The notes: generated from the sequence alone by a model not told the origin. A stretch of DNA of 62,303 nucleotides, filler included, from Sphacelaria rigidula (GCA_964200075.2; 8 parts of 8 records of this genome joined end to end with filler, not necessarily neighbours in it); one strand, 5' to 3'. Shown: positions 1 to 11,553, counted from the first letter of the whole stretch. Translations and numbers: made by a program.

Positions 1-246
1 GTCTCCATTCTGGGACCCCAGAAGAACGGCACTACGATTTTGTTTTTCATTTTTTCGCATACTATCTGCCTCCGCATCTCCCAAGGATGGGCTTCACAAA
101 TTTTCGTCGCAAAAATCGATCAACTGATGCTTGAATTTCCATATTCGCGTCAAAGAAGGCCCAAAAACGCCGTTTTGGTACTAAAATCAAGTAGTTTGCG
201 GTTTCACCGCGGTACGGCAACGTTCATCTTCATATCTTCATATAAA

Positions 247-532
247 GGCCAAAAACCTCACGCCGTTTCAAGGAGTTAGACCCTGAAATTTTGCACAACT
301 GTGCTTTGAGACATTACGCAACTTTGGATCGACGAGGTTTTTTTTCTTGCTGTCGTTTTACGGGGGTCCGATTGGGTCGAGGTTTCCCCCAAAAACTGGG
401 ACCCCCGAAAAACGGTGAAAAAAACTAAAAAACTAAAATGTTCCATGGGTAATTTCTGGGTCTAACTCCTTAAAACGGCGTGAGGTTTTGCCGATGAGTG
501 TTTTCTGGGTGATAAACGTGAACCAGCCTGTA
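247..532. mobile_element. foldback / non-autonomous DNA transposon end (possibly Tc1/mariner type)
   Basis: about 42-bp inverted repeat at 247-290 and 451-492; sequence ends ...GTGAACCAGCCTG|TA at 530-532; no partner terminus recognised. Confidence 0.4.
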
Positions 533-1465
533 GACAAAACGCGAAAAAGCGTGAAGAAAAAAAACATGACGTTCTCCTGATTTCAAAAACAAAAATGAAC
601 AATTGTGGTTCTTCCGAATCAGGAGCATAATTACAAGACGTCTCTTCATCTGTTGTCCAATGGGTTCTAGTTTTTCCTTGTTTTTTTTCAGTGTTGGGGC
701 ACCGGTATTAGATTGAAGTTAACTCTTAATACCACAGCAAAACACCCCATGCTTCCGCATAATCGGCAAGGCAAAAGAAAGACTATCTGCGCTAACCCCT
801 TCGGGCGCCAGATCTCTTGCAGGAAAACTCGACGGAATGACCTTCTTCGACGCCAGTTAAACTCCCGACATGCTACAACTGAGCATCCTCGTTCTGCTTG
901 CGCGTGGTAACTCCCGATGGTGAAATACTGGAGGTTCCGTGGCTCCTTGTCCTTGGTCCATGTATGTACGTACCTAAACCAAATTTCTCTTTGTTCACGT
1001 ATTTCCAGAATTGGTTCACCTGGGTGGGGGCAATCTGAGTGGGACCGACGCCCGAGAGTCCAGACGGCTACAAGCACCGTATGATCTCTCCTTCGCTTAT
1101 TCCGGAACTTCGGTTCCCCATGCAAGGGTTTCGTACATTACGTATCGTTCCAGTGCGACTTCAAGCGGGAAATCGTGTTTCCTTCGAAAAGATGATAACC
1201 AGAGAGAGAGAAAGAAGGAGGGAGGGACAGAGAAACACAGACAGACAGAGGCAGATAGACAGACAGAAAAGAGACATAATAGCTTCCCCTCATTCACTCA
1301 CTTATTGTCCATCGGTACAAATGCCCTCTTCGCGCGACCTGCCGTGTTGAAAAGCCGAAATGTAGACCCGTCCGCTTCCTGCCCAGCAGCAGCAGTAGCA
1401 GCAGCAGAATATGCAAATCTATTATTTCCTCGCCCTTGATCCCACTGCGCTGCTGCTTTCCGTAC

Positions 1466-1774
1466 CCTCCCTGGACTGTCTTCGCCCTCTGTTCTCCGCC
1501 TGCCCATCAATTTCACCCTATTTTCTCGTGTCCAACGTGGCGGGGGATATCGCTGAGGTAGGTGATGACCGCCCATGCTCATGACGCCATTGTCATTATT
1601 GTCGCTGTTGCTCCTGCTCATTCGGTCAGGAATGGCTGAGGTGCATCGGCCATGTAGGGCAAACAGCGCGTCCCCCGTGCGAGCCATCCTTGTCGGTGTT
1701 GTTGTTGGCGAGTGGTGGTGGGGGTGGACCGAGGAGACGAAAGCGGAGCTTCGTTGTGGAAACTGCGTTGCCAA
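1466..1774 (-). CDS. exon 2 of putative plastid-targeted protein (end of signal peptide plus transit peptide)
   Basis: acceptor ggcaacag|TTG, donor AGG|gtacgg, 103 open codons LATQFPQRSSAFVSSVHPHHHSPTTTPTRMAR...EGEDSPGR; phase 0 matches exon 6394-6456; SSA-FV resembles the ASAFAP cleavage motif. Confidence 0.6.
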
Positions 1775-1867
1775 CTGTTGCCGAGAGCATCCCGGAAACG
1801 GAAGTTTTATTGACCATGTAGGGAAGGTGAACCACCGCCAAGGTTGAACATGTGACAGAGAAATGCG

Positions 1868-1868
<1 letters not shown>

Positions 1869-1921
<53 letters not shown>
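1869..1921. repeat. G homopolymer (53 nt)
   Basis: read directly; lies in the intron upstream of the 1774 acceptor. Confidence 0.9.
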
Positions 1922-1923
<2 letters not shown>

Positions 1924-3280
1924 GAAGCGTGACGTGCGAGGAAGGGGGCACGGGGAGTGGAGTTGAGCCAAGGCATCTGTATCTCGAAATGACCGTTTCA
2001 CCGGGGCGCGTCGGCATGTTAGAAGTATTCCTCTGTGTTGAAAACTGGATCCTTAACGAACGTACACTCCAATATTCTGATGATCCATAGGTCACGCGAT
2101 TTTTTTTTTTGACCACCTTTGGCAGGTGTGAATGCGGTCGATTTCACACATGTATGTTCTGATCAAACGTAGTGGAAAACTGGGGTTAGGAAGTAGAATT
2201 CTGAATCCTCAACGAAAATCATGTCTTGCATCATGGAGACATCCAGGGACTACCGTTGTAGACGTGCTCAAATGCATCAAACAGAGCCATCCCCAGTTCC
2301 AGTGTCGCCTCGATTCACGTTTGAGATTACCTTTGGCCGTATCTCACCGGGACTCAGAAAATCAATGAAAAGATACCCTGACTTACCCGTTCTGGCAGCA
2401 ATGCGTACCCGGCGTACCCCGCAATGCAGAGTATTTCAAGCGGCGGTACCCTCGGTACCCGTGAAGTACCGAATATTTACAGGTGTCATATGCACTACAT
2501 TCCCTGGAATACTCAGTACTTCCCGTCGACAGTAACCTCAGCACCCACACTACTCAGTGCAAATCTGGTATTTCGGTGGGTCGGTACCCGCGGTACAAGG
2601 AGGTATTCGGTGCTTTCGGCAATCGACATCCTGCTTGCCCTGGAGTGCTCAGCGTTCTCGAGGGGTGCTACCCTGAGTAACCTGGAGTACTGAACACTTC
2701 GGGGGGTTGATACACCGTGGCTTGGTTGGGGGATGCTAATATTAGTAAGTCTCAAGAATAAGATATTTGGGGAGTTGATACTGGCTAGGGTAACAGTTTG
2801 TATACAGCCTGAGGGTACTCGATGCAAAGTGTCCATGGGCTCCATCGCAGCAGTAGTGGAACTTGCATGTGCCGCACTTGCATGCCAGCCGGACGTGCAA
2901 TTTGCAGACGCTACACCTCTGCCGTCGCTGATACTCAGTACTGTTCTCCTCACTGGGTACCACGTGCGATCTACCGAGTACGGTATCGAGACCTACAAGT
3001 GCTTTAGTGTAATCAGTAGGTTCATGATTGTGAAAGAGGGGGGAAGGGCAGGTTGGGGTGTTTTGGTATGTGAACCCGGCTTGCATGATTGATCGGGATT
3101 CGTGGAACGGTTTCTCCCGCGGACGATGAATTCACTGATGGCAGGGTTGTTCCAAACAAGTTCAATTAACTGATACGTGCACACACCGTACATTCGACAT
3201 ATTTTTACAGAGCCGGCGCAACGTTGAACCGCAAAAACAATCTTTCTTTCTTCCATAATACTAAAAAAAGGAAACATTAA

Positions 3281-3384
3281 CCCTTAGCCAGGGACGAGAG
3301 TAGGCCACATGTTGAATCGAAATCAATTTCACCTGAAAAAGAGTATACATGTCCAGTTGGACCACCCTCCTTGCGGTCTAAGGG
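3281..3384. mobile_element. piggyBac-type MITE (104 bp)
   Basis: TTAA|CCCTTAG...CTAAGGG|TTAA; TTAA target duplication with CCC/GGG termini is characteristic of piggyBac. Confidence 0.75.
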
Positions 3385-3431
3385 TTAAACAGCCGAATGT
3401 ATATCATTAAGAATGAAAATATACACAGTCG

Positions 3432-3705
3432 TAATACAGCTAGGCAACTTCCTATAGTTCCTTGTGACACATACTAAAATTCAGAGAGTACATCCACGGC
3501 AACTTGCTCTTGTGCAGGTAATTTTTGGGACATTGAACAGAAGATGTAGAGAGCTCAGTATACAATTAGACATAATTCAGAATACAACTAGGCAACGTCT
3601 CACCGTTTTTTTCGTCAAATATTCAAATTCAGAGTACATACAGGCAACTTGCTATTGTGCAGGTAAATTTTGAAACAGTGAAACAGTCATGTGTGCAGAA
3701 CTCTT
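3432..3705. repeat. diverged tandem duplication, period about 149 bp
   Basis: aataca.ctaggcaac and ggcaacttgct.ttgtgcaggtaa each occur twice about 149 bp apart. Confidence 0.7.
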
Positions 3706-4366
3706 TATTTATGTACTGGTACAAATGATTCAGCCTGGGTGAGTTACCAGACGTAACCCATCCGTACATTGTTCCCCGGGGTAAGCTATACACGTCCAAG
3801 AGCTACCCATGGTTCCTCAAGGTTGAGCGCCACGCGAGGGCTGCTTCTGTTCCGATGCTCACGCATGTTGATATATCAGAGCATTTAGATATCTGCTTTC
3901 TTTGTTATTCGCCGGTGGATGTTTTTTGGAACGTCCCGGGACACGAGGGAAATACAGGCAAACAATGCCCTCTGGCCAGCGGTTATGCGGTTACCATCAC
4001 TCATCATCTCCTTTGCACTGCTGCATGCACCGCGGTGCCATTATCTTTTGTCCGCAGGCCGCTGTACTACTGCTATGTCTGTAATGCACGCTGTCCAAAA
4101 CGTTTCTAGTACAAACCTCTGTACTTCTGTTCGAAAACTCGCATCTACATCCTACTGTGTGCAGGCAGCGCAGACAGCACTGCAGTGTCTGGACTGCCGT
4201 TGTCCAAATATTTTCGTATAGCACTGCTTGCACATTTCCCGAGGGACTGCCCGCATAACATTGTACCAAAATGAGGTCCGCCGCTCGAAGCGTCAACACT
4301 ATTGCATAAGTTGGATTTATCAGCTCCCTAAAGCTCGAGCTAGCTCTTCTTGGCGTAGCTTGCCAC

Positions 4367-4630
4367 TGAGCTATGAGAGCTACATGAGCTACGCATGTTT
4401 GCCCTGGATGAGCTATGAGAGCTACATGAGCTACGCGTGTTGCTCTGGGTGAGCTACGGGATGCAGCTAATCAGCGCATGTTCGCCCTGGATGAGCTATG
4501 AGCGCTACGTGAGCTGCGCATGTTTAGTCATGGTGAGCTGTGGAAGCCACATGAGCTACGCCATGTTTGTCCTGGGTGAGCTATCGGGTGTAGCTTATCT
4601 GCACATGCTTGACGATCAGTGAGCTACATC
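4367..4630. repeat. minisatellite, six units of 41-43 bp
   Basis: units start with TGAGCT at 4367, 4409, 4450, 4492, 4534 and 4577, with a partial unit at 4620; consensus about tgagctatgagagctacatgagctacgcatgtttgccctgga. Confidence 0.85.
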
Positions 4631-4957
4631 CTACTATGGCTATTTTATAGAGCTCGGAAATGGTTTGTCTAACCACTGACCAGTAGAATGTTTACACGTA
4701 GTGTAACCATTAAGCAGTTAAACGGTACATAATGGTTTGGTTAGCGAGCGGCGCAGCCGCGAGCCAAAAAGCCCCCCCCCCCCCCCCCCCGACAAAGGGG
4801 GCGCCGCCGTAGGCTTCAGCGGAGGGCCCCGCCGGACGCGCCGTGCTGGAGGCACATTTGTTTGCGATTTGGCTTCACTAAAGCTAAAAAATACGTCAAA
4901 TTTGGGCCGATTTTCAAGGGCAAAACCATAGCGCACTCGACTTGGAATTGCGATTAA

Positions 4958-5101
4958 AAAGTTGAACTGAAGTACGAGCCATCGATGGTGAAGGCTGGCC
5001 ACGAGCTTGAGACAGGCGACGTTGCAGAGCACCATGGGTGTGCTGTACACCGCCTGAGGTCGACAGCGGGAAAACTCTTTAGCAAGAAGGCGGTTAGTTA
5101 G
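4958..5101 (+). pseudogene. hAT-like transposase fragment
   Basis: translates ...YEPSMVKAGHELETGDVAEHHGCAVHRLRSTAGKLF, resembling the hAT (N/S)MVKA...CxxH(T/R)L segment; short and isolated. Confidence 0.4.
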
Positions 5102-5171
5102 CGATTGCTGAGTTGGTGCCGGAAGACGGCGACACGGTACAAAAGCGCAGATATACAAGATGCACAAAGCC

Positions 5172-5524
5172 GGTCGCCCCGGTGTTCAGTTGGTTATCCA
5201 GAAACCTTCTGACAGTTGGGTTGTGGGTTCGAATGTCGGAGCGATCTGGGAATTTTTCTCACACCAATGCCCAACAGTAGGGAGCGACTATGTCGTGCGT
5301 ACACAAAATTCGCTCTAATAGTCGACGAGGGAAAGGGACTGCTGAACCCCTCTCGCAATAAAAAAAAAAGGCAAGCACCGCAGAAGGAACTAAAAAATAA
5401 TAATAAAAAAAAAATCCTGTGTTGGCCTCGATGCTGTGTGACCCCGGCTGGTGCGCCCATATATACCGAAAGGTGTGGATCGATGTCCAGAATAGATGGG
5501 ACGAGAAAACACACACAACACACA
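5172..5524 (+). mobile_element. tRNA-derived SINE, family A (near full length)
   Basis: A-box-like gtgttcagttgg, B-box ggttcgaatg, conserved body gtcgacgagggaaagggactgctgaacccctctcgc, 3' end tagatgggacga followed by (CA)n; at least seven copies in the window. Confidence 0.8.
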
Positions 5525-5896
5525 GTTGGTCGATTTATTGATTATCTAACATTTATTCACTGATTCGCTGCGCACTCAGCCGTTATTACACTCACGAAAA
5601 AGGCAAGAACAATGTAATGCATGTTGTGTGCTGTCTGTTGTACCTGTGCTCAATGTAGCATACGTAGTCAGTAACGGGATATATAAAGCCTGTCAAGACG
5701 AATAATGGTTTGAAACCATTATACAAAATTTTCATATAACCATTTTCATTATCACCATTATGATGATAATGGCCAGTTATTACTGGTACCATTTCCGAGC
5801 TCTTACTATTTTTAAAATGTAGCTCACGATCTGTCCGGCGCGTGAAGGATTTGACCACATGCTGCATTTGTGCATCAAGTTTATAAGTGTCACTCG

Positions 5897-5976
5897 TGCC
5901 CACATATACCGAAAGGTGTAGACTGGCGCCCAGAATAGATGGGACGACAACACACACACACACACACACACACACA
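5897..5976 (+). mobile_element. SINE family A, 3' fragment with (CA)n tail
   Basis: gcccacatataccgaaaggtgtagactggcgcccagaatagatgggacgacaa(ca)n. Confidence 0.75.
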
Positions 5977-6393
5977 CTCGTGTAAACACCACTTTTTGAA
6001 TGCCGTCAAAGCACCAGAATTAAAAAGCGAAATTACGCAACATGACGTAATACCCTCTAAATATGCGCAGGACTCATTGACGCCGACGGCGGCCGCCGAC
6101 GCGCTGATTCAGTCGAAAGCCTATTTCAGGCACTGGTATGCAGCACACCGCACAGACACTAGCAACAGGGGTTACAAGCATACACCCCCAGAGTAAACCT
6201 GTAAAACGTAAAACTGCAACTTGCGGTGTAACCAGCGGTGTGCGAAGACGAGATCGTCCGGTGTTCCACCCAGAAAAAAAAACGTTGGCGCAACACCAGC
6301 AATGCGATGATTAGATACACCATACCGTATAGCTGTCGATCACATCAGCGGAAACAAGCGCACTCCATCAAAACAGGCTTGCTTGTCACTCAC

Positions 6394-6456
6394 CATGAAC
6401 GCCCCGAGGATGATGGCTCGACGCCATGGCCTCAACAGCACCACCAGAGGTTGCAT
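6394..6456 (-). CDS. exon 1 of putative plastid-targeted protein (signal peptide)
   Basis: ATG at 6456, MQPLVVLLRPWRRAIILGAFM, then a consensus donor ATG|gtgagt in phase 0. Confidence 0.6.
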
Positions 6457-7702
6457 TGCAGCCCCTCAAACACCGGCACGGTCGTTACACTTCCTCTTCG
6501 ACGAACTGCCAGCTCTTTGCCCACTTCCATCCAGTTTTATAGTCCAAATCCGGCAAGATGTGAAGCTACAGCACTAATGCACACTCCTGCACTCCTTCGT
6601 GTCGTGAGCTTACCCCGCTCATAAGCTTGCCGCTCGTGTGTGAGCATGTTTAAATCAACCATCATGACATGTCTTTACCGTCGTATTCCAAATATAGAAT
6701 CGGTTCAAGTTTAACCATACTCCAATTTGAAATCCTTGTCAAAAAGCAACAACCGAGCAACAACAGACACAACTGGCAACACAACAACGGGACATGGCGC
6801 AATATGTGTATCCCGGCTGTGTTGTGTAGTGCGGGCGCCTCATCGACGTATGTATAGTGAATGGCGTGCTGGTTCACACGAAAAGGCGGATGCGCAACGC
6901 GATATTTATAACGAGAGATATGTACAAAAGCACGTGCCTCGTGCGATCCTCTTTGCGTGCGTTCCGGAGAGGAGTACATGCTCTGTACTGTTGTCGGCAC
7001 TGCAGAGTACCATCATGCCATGCTGCCGAGTGGACAGCAGCACAGCGTCTGCTCAGCTAGCACCAGAGCTGTGAAGGAGTCATACTATGCATGTTTGGAT
7101 ACGTCGAGCGTTTGCCGTCACAATTACCAACAGCTACGTGCTATCGCGTGCCCAGCCCAAACGCTTTTCAGAGACCGAAGGGGAGAAGAAAAGTTATCTC
7201 GTGTCCTTGCCTTCGTGCATTGAGCGATCCAGTTCCGTTCGCTCTCTGAACATCATGGAACATGTAGAGCATATCCTCTCGAACGATACTCGGGCATGTG
7301 CGGTGTAGGCTTACCTGGTCGTTGAAGTCAAGTTGACTGTTCAGCAAGCGCCCACGCCATCAATAACCTATTTGTCAAGCTGTTGCCGAGTCCTTCCGCA
7401 GCAACAATGAACAGTAGTAGCATTGCGGGGGAACATTGTTAGTAGTAGGGATGGATACATGAAAAGACGTACTGTAACTCGAGCATTTTTGAGTCGATTT
7501 CAACAGACGATAGCTCGGATGAACCGCAAGGTCCACGCGAACAATGGCAAGCAGCAAAAAAAAAGAAGAGCAAGAACACAAAAAGTCAAGGCCTATTCCG
7601 CGAAATTTTCCTGATTTTTTTCTGTTGGTTTCCCTCCGATCATGGATTACAGTGTTTTCGTGAGATTGAGAGTAGATGATACGATTGAGAGTGAAAAGCG
7701 GT

Positions 7703-7802
7703 NNNNNNNNNNNNNNNNNNNNNNNNNNNNNNNNNNNNNNNNNNNNTTAATTAATTAANNNNNNNNNNNNNNNNNNNNNNNNNNNNNNNNNNNNNNNNNN
7801 NN
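7703..7802. other. artificial contig linker (N44-TTAATTAATTAA-N44)
   Basis: 100 bp; the palindromic TTAATTAATTAA puts stop codons in all six frames; identical at seven positions spaced about 7800 bp apart. Confidence 0.97.
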
Positions 7803-7825
7803 TTTTTTTTGTTTTTTGCATTGTT

Positions 7826-7858
<33 letters not shown>

Positions 7859-7899
7859 ATTCCACGAAATAAGCCTCATGGGAACGTCTGACGACCTAA

Positions 7900-8060
7900 C
7901 ACACTTCCGGTGCGCTTGCACATGGGTGAAAACGGTGTCAAGCAGTATGAATGAGGGTTATTTGACGGTAACGACCGCGGTCGAACAGCCGTTGCTGCCT
8001 TCGTCCAAAAGTTGGTCCCAAATACCCCCCCTTCCTCCCCCCTGTCGTAGGATGACTCTC
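7900..8060. repeat. dispersed repeat with G/C-rich termini (inverted copy at 15172-15460, another copy at 46880-47085)
   Basis: shared block cattcatact...gacaccgttttt(t)acccaaatacaa.cgcac and terminal gagtcatcctacga. Confidence 0.6.
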
Positions 8061-8181
8061 CAAGACCGGTTGACATTTGAATGGATAATACTGTGAGGCC
8101 CGTCTTGCACGAGAACCTCGTTCGAGAAACCTTGCTTTCAAACTCGCATATTTTGCGCTGCTCATCTCGGCACCCGCCGAC

Positions 8182-8330
8182 GTGGTCCGTCCCGGCTTTG
8201 TAGGGATGAAAGGGCAGTGGTCATGGGACTACGGCATGCACGATCATGAGTGCCCCCCCCCGTCTCGAAAGGGATGCGTGGTCAATGGTCAAACGACTAA
8301 GGCAAGCAACAAATGAGAACGCCCCCCTCC
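8182..8330 (+). mobile_element. two tandem LINE-like 3' ends (family 2 then family 1), each followed by oligo(C)
   Basis: ...cgatcatgagtg-C9-gtctcgaaagggatgcgtggtcaatggtcaaacgactaaggcaagcaacaaatgagaacg-C6. Confidence 0.75.
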
Positions 8331-8458
8331 TCCCGCGCCGCCCCCTCCCCCGCGCCCCTCGCCCCCCCTCAATACTTCGACCGCGCTTGTTTTCGTCATG
8401 ATCCATTTCCGGGACATTCTGCCATCCACGGCCGAAACACGAAAATACGTCACCACAG

Positions 8459-8794
8459 GTTCTTGCGAGAGAAAGCGAGGGACCCACGACCGAACACGGG
8501 AACAAACGCGCCTCTCCCGTCGCTCCCTCTACGCTTGGCTTGCAAAACAGCAAGAACAGAAACAAAGCGGTGCCAACAACAACAACAACAACAACAAAAG
8601 GAAATGTTTCTGGTCCGTCATTGTTCGCGGTGCACATGGCGGGGTTACTGCAGAAGCGGTACCTTACGTTCCGGCGCGAGAAGAAGATGTGGTGTTTCGG
8701 GGTGGCCATGCCGGCGATCTTCGTGTTCATGGGTGTGATGATCGTGCGTCTCGGGAGCAGCAGTGACCAGCCGGACCTGCTACTGACTCCCGAG
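8459..8794 (+). CDS. ABC transporter subfamily A, internal exon (start of second transmembrane half)
   Basis: cacag|GTT ... GAG|gtatgg, 112 codons; LFAVHMAGLLQKRYLTFRREKKMWCFGVAMPAIFVFMGVMIV matches the ABCA ALLxKR..xxRD/EKK plus TM helix pattern. Confidence 0.85.
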
Positions 8795-9022
8795 GTATGG
8801 TTGATCTTGAGTCATTTTATTACCATCATGTTCGTCACATTAGCTCGATCTCTCGAACCCGTGGTCACAGAGTTGCTAGGATCATACCCACCCATACCCA
8901 TACATCAAACAGCTCGCAGAGGGAGGCGAGAAACAAAACATATCTACTCGTACACGAAAAAAGTTTATTGACTAGTTTTTTTGTCGTCGCACATCATGAA
9001 GAAAATAAGAAGAATCGACTCC

Positions 9023-9262
9023 ACGATCGATGAGGGAAAAGGGACTGCTGAACCAACCCCTCTCGCGATAAATTAAAAAAAAAAAAAAGTGAGGCAAATA
9101 CCGCAGAAGGAAGGAAGGTGGGATACAAGAACGAAAAAATAAAATCCTGCGTTGGCCTTCGCGTTCCTCCTTTTGTGTGAGACCCTGGCTCATGCGCCCA
9201 CATATACCGAAAGGTGGAAGACTGGCGTCCAGACTAGATGGGATGGCAACACATGCACGCAC
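9023..9262 (+). mobile_element. SINE family A, 5'-truncated
   Basis: gagggaaaagggactgctgaacc...gcccacatataccgaaagg...tagatgggatggcaacaca. Confidence 0.7.
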
Positions 9263-9395
9263 ATATCTGATGCCCCAGGGATCCATCCAGCGGTGGTCAC
9301 ACGACAAGCGTCCCCGGAATAAGAAGCAACACGAAAGCACTTCCTCCTGAAGCAAAGTGAAAAAACAAGAAGGTGGATCAGACTCGAAGAGTTTC

Positions 9396-9783
9396 CAGTC
9401 GACCCCGCTTTAAGGACGCACATGGTTTTTCGGGAAAAAAAGCGTCCTTGAAGCGGGGTTTCGTCCTTAAATTTCAGGGGACGATAGTTCACTATCCCCG
9501 GGTGCACGTTGGTTCCCGAAATGTTTTCGTGCCGGTATCAGATTAACCTTCGGCAGATGAAAGGAACCTCTTCATACCACCAGGAGCAGCAAACCGCGCG
9601 CTAGTCGCGGTGTGCGTGTGTCTGAACTAGCCCACCAGAGGTGAAAACGGGGGCCCGCAGAGTAGAAAATGGTACATACCCTACTAGTTGTACTTTCTGT
9701 CGGGCCCCCCGATCTGAGAAAAAAAGTCGTCCTTAAAGCGGGGAGTTTCCTCACCAGGAGCGTCCTTACAGCGGGGTCGACTG
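9396..9783. mobile_element. pogo/Tc1-mariner-type MITE
   Basis: 24-bp TIR CAGTCGACCCCGCT(T/G)TAAGGACGC with one mismatch; TA at the right flank; internal copies of the TIR core at about 9442 and 9728. Confidence 0.8.
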
Positions 9784-10974
9784 TACTACAGAACGACAAG
9801 ACCAACAAGAAAGGAAACGGTCGACCTCAGCAACATGGCATTAGGTGGAAGAGAGGTATTTGCGCAACATGACGCGCATTCATACCCATTTGGCCAAAAT
9901 AAAAAAAAAGGCCGTGGCGACAGATCGCGTCCCATTTTTTTTCGATCGAAAGGGCAGTGTGATCGATTACGGGGAACTACAAATATTTTTTTGGTGTGTG
10001 GCTCGTGCGTGTGTGACTTCGTTCACCATAGGTTGTTTTTCACCGTCTTTGTCCTTTCATGCCTGCCGTGTGTGCGAAAGTGTAAGTACATCAGGCGTAA
10101 GAATCTTGTATTTCTGTTTGTTTTTCTTGATTTCCTTATTCAGTTACTTGAAGTTGTGCTTTCACTCTTTTTTTTCTGTCATGCAATATAAATATATCTA
10201 TATTGTTGCTTTTGTTTTTTTCAAATATAATTTTACCTTCTCTTCATGTTTTGTTAGTGTCAAGAGTCAAAATGCTCTTGTTCTGTTTTTTGTTTTTCTG
10301 TTCGTTTTTGGTGTGTTTCGGATAGTTGGTTTCACTTCCCCCCTTCCCCCCCCTCTGTTCTTTGCCATGATTACTGCCATGGTATCCTTTTTGTTTCAAG
10401 ATTTGGCATGCGAACACGGCCTAGTATCAAGGGCAAATTGCTGCTACTCTAGTTTAGTCGCTGTCTTCTTCTTTTCTGAGGCGTTGTTGTTGCTACTGCT
10501 ACTCCTGCTGTTGTTGATGATGATGACGGCGATGACGATGTTGTAGTTGACGTTGGCGTTATCCCCTTATTGCTCTGTTGCATAACTGCTTTCGTTCTTG
10601 GTTTCCCAAAGGATATGCGTGCGTTTGCACGGATTTTTGCTGTGTAACCTAGCGCTTGCTTGGTGCTCTATGGTCGAGAGCGCACGAACCCTGGCGTTAA
10701 CTACCCTCCGACGTTCCGCGTTGGAGACCGTGTGGTAAGCATGCCCAGCCCGACGCGCGCGCGCACACACGCACACACGTACACACACACACACACAGGC
10801 ATACACACACACCCTGTTTCCTCTCACCTGACGTTTCGGCCTCAGCGCTTCTCTTCTCTTTTTCCTCGGCGAACAAAAATGACCATCTTCTTGTGGATCT
10901 TGCCCCCCCCCCCGATTCCCCCCCTTCCCGCCTATCCACACATCCCCTTATTTACCTTCCTGTTTCAACGGCAG

Positions 10975-11154
10975 CACTACAACAATGGAGGTGCACCGTT
11001 CGCCTATGCCCAGCAATGCACCAACACCGCCACCACGGGGGGCACGTGCGATCCTGCTCAACTGATGGCATATCTCACGGACCCTGACTCTGCTACCCCG
11101 TTCTCGCTGGACATCGATGAGTCCTCGGTTTCCCCCGAGGAAGGAACGGGTCTG
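10975..11154 (+). CDS. ABCA transporter exon (extracellular domain 2)
   Basis: cggcag|CAC ... CTG|gtaagt, 60 codons HYNNGGAPFAYAQQCTNT...EEGTGL, phase 0/0. Confidence 0.75.
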
Positions 11155-11459
11155 GTAAGTACCCGTTTTTGTGTCTACGGTGGGGTGGTGGTAGCAATAA
11201 CATCGACGCGTGTGTTTTTCCTGAGAAGAGGGTGGGTGCATTTGTAGCATCTGGGAGGCGACATGTGGGGGAAGTGATTTTCTCTCGTTTTTTTTCAAAT
11301 TATATATCATTCATAACTTGTGCTTTCGGCCGCTAGTTCATTAGAGGTAAAGCATCGAGTTTTTTCTCTCTGAGTCTACTATGTCCTTCTGTTCGACTTT
11401 TTTTCTGTTCCTTCTTTTCTTGAGCGAGTGTTTCGGTTTCGATTTTTTGTTGGGTACGT

Positions 11460-11521
11460 CTATCATGTGACCACGGCTGAATCATGACCTCTGGGGGATC
11501 AGTTTAAGTGCGACAACCAAC

Positions 11522-11553
<32 letters not shown>
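11460..11553 (+). mobile_element. retroelement 3' end with (AAYC)n tail
   Basis: catgtgaccacggctg...gatcagtttaagtgcga followed by (aacc/aatc)n; related ends at 11890-11975 (-), 12815-12875 (+), 26945-27025 (-) and 60115-60225 (+). Confidence 0.6.

Noticed and set aside
820-1080. Exon-like plus-strand segments with ag/gt boundaries
   Set aside because: The first segment has stops in all three frames and I could not assign a family; possibly decayed transposon coding sequence.
1626-2116. Poly-Pro and poly-Gly ORFs
   Set aside because: They are translations of the 53-nt G homopolymer; only 1466-1774 looks like an exon.
7747-7758. Palindrome TTAATTAATTAA recurring about every 7.8 kb
   Set aside because: It is embedded in Ns and is a synthetic six-frame-stop linker, not biological periodicity.
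9845-10546. 233-aa hydrophobic ORF resembling a membrane protein
   Set aside because: T-rich low-complexity intron sequence of the ABCA gene that yields Phe/Leu/Val by composition.
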